64,000 nt of DNA from the human T2T-CHM13v2.0 reference genome, Homo sapiens: assembly GCF_009914755.1 (NCBI RefSeq), contig NC_060944.1; one strand, given 5' to 3'. Of the stretch, positions 52,277-64,000 are shown one piece after another. Position 1 is the first letter of the stretch; every line of letters begins with the position of its first letter. The position numbers were made by a program, and so were the translations under genes. The notes under the pieces are model-generated. The model searched no databases. It was given only the letters and a program-made list of their open reading frames with translations, and was not told the DNA's origin.

Positions 52277-53088
52277 GCCCCCTGTTGAGAGCCTTCCCAA
52301 TAGCTGTGACTATAGGCATGTGCCACCATGCCCAGCTAATTTTTTAAAAAAAAAGTTTTTTGTAGAGATGGGATCTTGCCATGTTGCCCAGGTTGATATC
52401 GAACTCCTGGGCTCAAGCAATCCTCTCACCTGGGCCTCCCAAAGTGCTGGGATTACAGGCGTGAGCTACTACGCCTTGCTCCTTGCTTTTCTTTATTTCA
52501 TTGAGTCAGTGTCTTGCTTTGTCATCCAGGCTGCAGTGCAGTGGCATGATCATAGCTTACTGCAGCCTCGAACTCCTGGGCTCAAGAGATCTTCCTGCCT
52601 CAGCTTCCCAAGGTGCAGGGATTACAGAATCATATTTTTTATCTGACTTTAAGCACGGTCTCTATCTCCCCCAGTCGTGACAAACAACGTTTCCCTCCAG
52701 ACTGCCAAATAGCTCCAGGAGGGCAAACCCCGCCCCCCCTTTTCAACCCGAAGCGGAAGGATATTGAGGTTGCACCACTCAAAACAGAGCAGGAATACAA
52801 AAATATCCAAAGAGCTGGTGTTGGGCTTGGCACAATGGCTCACGCCTATAATCCCAGCACTTTGGGAGGCAGAGACGGGTGGATCACCTCAGGTTGGGAG
52901 TTCGAAACGAGACCAGCCTAACATGGTGAAACCCCGTCTCTACTAAAAATACAAAATTAGCTGGGCGTGGTGGTGCATGCCTGTAATCCCAGCTACTCGG
53001 GAGGCTGAGGCAGGAGAATCACTTGAACCCAGGAGGCGGAGGTTGCAGTGAGCCGAGATGGCACAGGTGTGAGCCACAGAGCCTGGCC

Positions 53089-53494
53089 TGGGCTGCGTTC
53101 TTTCAGGAGGCTCTGGGGCGAATCTGTTCCCTCGTGTCTTCCAGCTTCCAGAGGCTACTGGCACCCTTTGGCTTATGGTTCCTTCCTCCATCTTCAAAGC
53201 CATTAACTTCGGTTGTGACTTTCTTACAGCCAATCACTCTGACCCCAATCCCAGCCTCCTTTGTCACATCTGCTTCTCTGACTGTGGCTCTCCTGTCCCC
53301 CTCTTGTAATCACCCTTATGATCACATGGGGCCCACCTGGACAATCCCGGGGCATCTCTGCATCTCAAGATGCTCAACTTAATCAGATCTGCAAAGTCCC
53401 TTTTGACATACAAGGTAACATCTTCACAGGTTTCAGGGATTAGGATTAGGATTAGGACATAGACATCTTTAGGGGGAACCCTTATTCTGCCTAC
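53089..53494 (-). mobile_element. MLT1-type MaLR LTR fragment
   Basis: TCTTCCAGCTTCCAGAGGCT..GGGCCCACCTGGACAATCC..TCTGCAAAGTCCCTTTTG..TTATTCTGCCTAC. Confidence 0.85.
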
Positions 53495-54087
<593 letters not shown>

Positions 54088-55302
54088 TAAATATCTAAAG
54101 AGCTGGTGTTATCTCAGTGATATCCCTTCCTTTTTTTTTTTTTTTTTTTTTTTTAGCTTCGGCGGTGACACCTACTCTCCTGGTCTTCTCCCTACCTCGC
54201 TAGTCACTCCTCCCAGTCTCCTTTCCTGCGCTTAAATTTCAGAGTACCCCAGGCGTTGGCCTGGGTCTTCCGCTCTCCACTTAAACTTACTCCTTTGAGG
54301 TTTTCAATCTGGTTCTACAGCTTTAAATAGCATCTCCATTGATAAACTCACAAAATAAGGCACTTTCAAGTCAGTGGAGGAAATGATAGTATTGGGACAA
54401 AGGACTTTCCATACACGGGAGAAAAAAAATCGTTCGTCGCTGTGGGAGGGCTGCCGGGTCTCGTCCACGCTCCCTTTTGAGCACCTACAGTGAGCGTAGG
54501 ATTGCCACGGATAGCCCAATCCACAAGTGAGTCAAGCTGCCAGGGCTCCAAGAAAGACCCATGGAGGGAGAGGGGAACGTCCGGGGAGGCGAAGGCTGCG
54601 AGTGAGACCCGGAGAGGCTGATGTCGGCGGGTCTGCGCGCTCGCAACGCGACCTCCGCCCGGTCAGCAAGACCTCGGCGCGCGATCCTCAGATTCTGCGA
54701 AACAAGACAAGCGACTGGGTCCGAGACCGCGGTCCCCATCAAAACGAGCATCAACCAATCGCTGGGAGAAATCCGCAGCCTCGTTTTAAGCCACCAAGCA
54801 GAGACCGCGGCGACCTATTATGATAACCTCGAGAACCAATAAAAAACGGGGATTCGCTCAGCCCGCCTCCCGAGCTTCAACCCCGAAGAGATCGCGCACA
54901 GTTTTATAAAAGGTACAAATTAGAAAGCAGTTCTGCGGCTGGATTAGAGACATTGTGTTTTCAAAGACGGTGGGGAGGGCTAGAGAAAAATCCTAGAAGC
55001 TAGCAAGACCGCACTACACCGAAACGTCGCGGGCAACGGACTCGCCAGTCACCATCTAGCCCAGGGACGACGCGGGACGGACGTGCCGCTGCGCGCTGAC
55101 ATCACGCTCCAGGCCCCGCCCCACCGGCCGCCCATATAGCGAAAGCCTGGCGCGCGCGCGCGCCATTGTGTGGCTGGACTCGGCCGCCCCTGTGGTGTGA
55201 GGCGCGTGTTCGGGCTCTTGCCGTCCCCGCACCCGCACCGCGGTTACTGGCTTGCGGTCCGCCGTTCGACAACCAGCCCTTGGGTCCCCGCCCGCCACGG
55301 AC

Positions 55303-58332
<3,030 letters not shown>

Positions 58333-60865
58333 CTCAGAACTCCTTGTTTGCACATTATTATGGAACACTTTCCTACTTAGGCAGTTACTCTTCCATGTTT
58401 ATACTTGGCCTCTTCTGCAAGAGGAATCTCTTGAAAACAGGGGCACACAGAAATTTGATTTGTGGCCAAATTGGATGAAAAAGATGAGGCTCTAAGGAAA
58501 TGGTGGCATGAAGACCCTCTCCCTTCTTTGTAGAATTAAGATAACTTTGATTTTATAGCTTTTGAGCTAACGTAACTTTTGTAAAGATTAAGCTCATTTA
58601 GTGTTGTTTTTTTTTTTTTTTTTTTTTTTTTTTTAGTATTTCAGCAGGATCTGCTGGCAGGGTTTTTTTGTTTTATTTGTTTGCTTATTTTTAAATTAAC
58701 TGTTTTGAGCTTTGAATACTTAAGGCTTTAGAGGGAGAACCCAATTTTCAATTATGTTGGCTTTTTATAAAGCTTGAGTTATGTAAGATTTAAATAAAAG
58801 TTTGCTACCAAGATGATTGCCTTATTGAATAGGTCACTATTAAATTCCTTTAAATGTTGATATCTGCCATTTGTGGAAACAACGTAAATTCTACTTAAGT
58901 GTAAACAAGGCAAGCCTCAGACCAGCAATAAATTACTCAGTTTGGATAACATTATTTTGTGCAGTTAATCAAATTTGCCAAAGTCTTTATCTGCCCCTTT
59001 AACAAGTTGAGTAAAAATAAAAGGTATTTTTTAGTCAATGTGTTCCATGATTTTGCTTAAATTAATACTTTTAAGTAATGGAACTTTTTTCAAAGGCAAA
59101 TTTAAACTATTTAAGAAATAGCTCCTAATACTTGGGATCTTGTTTAGAGAATCCACTTTCTGGAAGTTCTCAGCATAATTAGTGTTGAGAGTGGTTCAGT
59201 TGTCTTTAATGTTTGTCATGTGGAAATGGAAGTAGCCTCTTTTTGTTCTGAAATTGAGTTTATTCAAAGTGTAAAAGCACATACTGCATTTTCTGCTGAA
59301 AGATCATTATGTTTAACAGGCACTTAATCTCAGTAAAGTCAGTTGCCAGTTAAGTTCCACCCAGTAGTCAGTCCCCTTTGTAGTTAGTGGGATTATTTGA
59401 TAATTGGTTAGATCATACTTGTAAATTTTAATGCTTTGTGTAATTGGTTTGAAAAACAGTGAAATGGGTAAACGCAAAACTTTTGTACTTTATTACGAGT
59501 AAAGTGTAATGAGTACTGTGGAAACCAAATTTGAATACTGCAAATTTGTAGGAGTTACTAGGTTAGCAATTAGTCCATACATCCATAAGCCTGATGAGTT
59601 GAAATTGCAGTTTGAGAAGTGAATTAACCTTACATCCCTTTGTTCAGATACCTTAAAAGTTACTTTATTTAAAAGCATTTATTAATCTTAGTCTGAAATC
59701 AAAATATAGATTAATTGGCTCAGCTTTAATACCTTTCTAGGAGGTGTCACAATGTAGGGTACCAAGGGTTGGATTGTGATGGGGCATGGTCGTACACTGC
59801 TCATTGTGCCACAGGTGTGACTGGAAAGCATGATATTCTAGGGTTGGTTTGTAGATTCAAATAATCCAGAAATATACCTAATAAGATTGAGTGAAAAATT
59901 TGAGTCAAATATCTAGGGCATTCACAGAGTAGCTGTGAGTTCTTGGTAATGTGAAAAAGGCCTTGTTTTTCAGAAATTCCTGGGTTTCCTGTTAAAAAAT
60001 CTTAAAGCCCAACCTTAGGAATATAGTGCCCCAAAAGGCGGATGCTTCTTCCATTATCTTATTTTCTTTGATACTTTATTTAATTAGATGTTTATAAAGA
60101 AATGGGTTTATTTTTCCAGCATAAACCTCAGAATTTAAGGAAAGAAAATGATGTCTGTTGTTATAGTTCATTGTTTTGCCTACTCAGCAGAAGTGATGAC
60201 TCTTAAAAATTGGCTTTGACCAAAGTTCTCTTGTTTTCAGGGAAAGAACATAAAAGCTTTTTGAACTACAGCCTTTTTAAAAGAGGGATGGGAGGATATT
60301 ACAGTAAGAAATTAGGCTTTCTAAAAGTATGAAACATCCTTCAACTGGGCTCTCTTGTTAATAGGACATCATATGGTAATAGACTGGTTTGACTATATTG
60401 TTAGCTGCCACAGTAAGCAGGTCATTGTATAGGTAAATGCCTGCACCCATAATTTTCTAGTAATAGCCACGACCAATTTATTAACAGTCAGGGCCTATCC
60501 TTGCCTGTAGTTCTCAGTCACTGGATGCACAAAATCACTGTGTAACATTGGCTCACTTGGTGAGCATAGGGTTGACTGATAAAATGTTTAATTCCCTTGC
60601 TAGCTTGTGAGAAGAATGAGTTGATGACATGCTCCATACCAGTGGCTAGATGGAGTATTAAGGTGGAGCAGAAAAGAAGTGAGAACATCTTGATTCCCCT
60701 TTCTTTTACTTGATGGTGTTTATGAACATGCCGTAGTGCCTTTATGGCCAGTTTGAGTCCTGCCTACTTTGACTTTTACGTTCCCATTCCTGTGTTACCA
60801 CCTTCCTCCCGATTTGTTCACCTATTTTGTGCTTTAAATCTCAATAAAATACTTACTGAGGGAAA
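58333..60865 (+). other. SRSF6: SRSF6 3' UTR (long form), repeat-free and AU-rich
   Basis: About 2.5 kb with no recognisable interspersed repeat; AATAAA at 58793, 58927, 59016 and 60843. Confidence 0.8.
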
Positions 60866-60885
60866 GGCTTGTTTTGAGTTTATTG
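60843..60885 (+). terminator. Distal polyadenylation signal of SRSF6
   Basis: AATAAA 60843-60848 followed ~20 nt later by GU/U-rich CTTGTTTTGAGTTT. Confidence 0.75.
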
Positions 60886-61780
60886 CATATGCCCACTTAG
60901 GACCAGATTCTTAACAAATGTTTTTTTGAATTGGAGTTTGCATTGGCAAGCCATTCCTGTCTTGAGTATGAGAACAGGATCTTGTGTTCACTTACCCAGA
61001 AACGTGAGTTTGGGATTTAGTATATGGTTTATGTTGGGCAACTCATTAATCACTGTGCTTCAGTGTCATCCATGAAACTAGGGATAAAACATGCATGGGA
61101 TGTGAAGATTAAAAGTCAAGAATATGAACAGTACAAGAGAGTACCATAACAAATACAATTTTATTTACAAATATACATGGTTGGACCATACCTTGGAATC
61201 TACTTGCTAATGCAGCTGCTGTTAACAGTTCTTGTATCTGCTCAAGAGATTTCTATGATCATATAAAAATGCCTTTTTAGGTTTTCAGTGTTCATGCCCT
61301 GAGTAGTAGTCTGCAGTTTGCTTTAATACATGGTAATACAGAGATCGGCTTTAAATGGCTGGCTGGTTACTGTTGAATGAATGTATGATAAATTTTTTTT
61401 CAGAACCAACAGTGTGAATAATCCTTTCAGTTGTCTATCAGCATGAATTTAAAAATTACTTTCAAGATTCAACATTACACAATAAAACTTAGAGTTCTTG
61501 CAATAGAGCACCTAGTGTAGTAATTACCGATTTATATGCTAATCTTTGAGTTTCCTCAGTGACCATATTTTGAATAACAGATTAGTATCCCGAACATGTA
61601 TGCATCCATTTACTGAAACGACAAGTCAGTACAATTGTGCAGTTGGTCTTCGTACATCCTATATAGCTTGTTTACATATGCCTGTTTATCTTTGAGCAAT
61701 CCTGCAGATGGCCCCCAGTATAGCACTTAACACAGTCGTTAACTTTTTATTCCTTTTGAATAGAAAGGAATCATGGTTCA

Positions 61781-62155
<375 letters not shown>

Positions 62156-62544
62156 TTAACTGATAAAATACTGTTGTCTGATACACAGTTCATACCGAAG
62201 TTTCATCAGTTGTCCCTTAATGTCCCTTACATTTTTTCTCTTGGTCCAAGATTCATTGGTTGCATTTTGTTGTCATGGTTCTTGAGTCTCTAAATCTCTA
62301 ATGCATCCTCAGGCTTTTTCTTCATGTTACTTTTTGAAGAGGAGTTAATATACCTAGCCTCCAGTTAGCCTCCTCTCCCTCAAAATTATTTTAAAAAATG
62401 ACTTAATAGTGATCCAGGTTATTAACATGGGTCACTGGACATAATACATCGAGGACAGAGTCTCATTCTTGTGATATTCCTGCCCAAAATGCTGTCATGT
62501 AGAAACGAGACAAATCCAAGATGAGGGCAAAACCTACAAAATAA

Positions 62545-62724
<180 letters not shown>

Positions 62725-64000
62725 TAATAGAGGCAGGGTTTCTCCATGTTGGTCAGGCTGATCTCGAACTCCTGACCTCAGGTGATCCCCCGCCTCGGCC
62801 TCCCAAAGTGCTGGGACTACAGGTGTGAGCTACCTTGCCTGGCCTTCTACCATAAAGGAATTGCTTTGGAGGGGTGGCGGGGAGGAGGGGGCAGGTACAC
62901 TATATGGGTTTTCTTTAGGTTTTCTGTTTTTTAAGAGATGGAGTCTCACTCTGTTACCCAGGCTGGAGTGCAGTGGTGCAATCATGGGCCCAAGCGATGC
63001 TCCCACCTCAGTCTCCCAAATTGCCGAGACAAGTGTGCACCACCACACCCAGCTAAGGGAGTAGACTTTTAAAGGTAAGGTTTAAAGAAGGTGTTTTTTT
63101 ATTTTTGTCTTTAGGAGGGAACCAATTTGGAGATTAAGAGCTGCTGAAGGCAAAGCTTTGATGGCATCAGATAGAACCCCCATTACTGCTGAAAGCAGAG
63201 CAAGTCCCCTAGCCCAAGGCCAAAAGGATTGGGAGGCAAATAAGTTGCACCCTCATCTATAAAACAAGACCTGCTAATATTGTGAAAAGTAAATACTATT
63301 ATCAAAGCATTTGGCATAGTCACTCATTAAATAGTAACTGCATTTAGGAAAACATTCTGAAATAGAAGAGCTAAACTCGCCGGGTGTGATGGCTCATTCC
63401 TGTAAAGGAGGCCAAGGCAGGCAGATCACTTGAGATCAGCAGTTGGAGACCAGCCTGGCTAACATGGTGAAACCCCATCTCTACTAATAATACAAAAAGC
63501 TGGGCGTGGTGGCGCAGGCCTGTAATCCCCGCTACCCTGGAGACCAAGGCAAAAGAAACGCCTGAACCTAGGAGGGGGGTTTACAGTGAGCAGAGACTGC
63601 ACCACTGTACTCCAGCCTGAGCAACAGAGCAAGACTCTGTCTCAAAAAAAGAAAAAAAAATAGCTAAACTCTAATAATACTGTTCTAACCAACTTGAGAA
63701 AAAGGCAAAACAAAGATGCCAAACGTGGAATGTGGTGCCCAAGTATTAAAGTATCTACTATCCCTACTTTTTCGTCCTTCATGAGCAGCCCGAGTGTACT
63801 AAACACATTACTGTTACTTTTGTCATACAAAGTTTCAAACACCAGTGAGAATAGTGGAATGAACCACCCTTGTGCTCCTCTAGCTTTAACAATGTATACC
63901 TGTCTACTTCCTCTCCCAAATAATTTTGAAGGAAATCCTAGACATTTTATCTGTAGATGCACTATATAGCTCTTTAAAGACATCTAAACTCTCTTTAAAT

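Overview
Primate (human-like) genomic DNA, recognisable as the SRSF6 locus. The only intact protein-coding gene is SRSF6 (+ strand). It has a CpG-island promoter near 55.1 kb, six coding exons (55303-58332, 344 aa), the 268-nt poison cassette exon (56422-56689) and a 3' UTR to about 60.86 kb. Bases 1-23.2 kb are a nested stack of L1 elements, Alus and LTRs that also holds a U6 pseudogene and an EIF4EBP2 processed pseudogene. Bases 26-54 kb are Alu/LTR-rich with islands of unique sequence and a Y3 RNA pseudogene. Four observations go beyond this annotation. (1) The unique islands at 27-46 kb splice into a phase-consistent chain of exons whose three frameshifts each fall on a tandem micro-duplication, suggesting a lost multi-exon gene (unitary pseudogene) of unknown family. 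(2) A roughly 2.9-kb inversion plus a local duplication just upstream of SRSF6 is recorded by a split LTR12/MLT1 pair. (3) A UGUA/AAUAAA cluster right after the poison exon could give an NMD-escaping RRM1-only isoform. (4) An L1 3' transduction carries an Alu half and unique DNA. Repeat subfamily names are from recall of consensus sequences and repeat boundaries are approximate; no searches were run.
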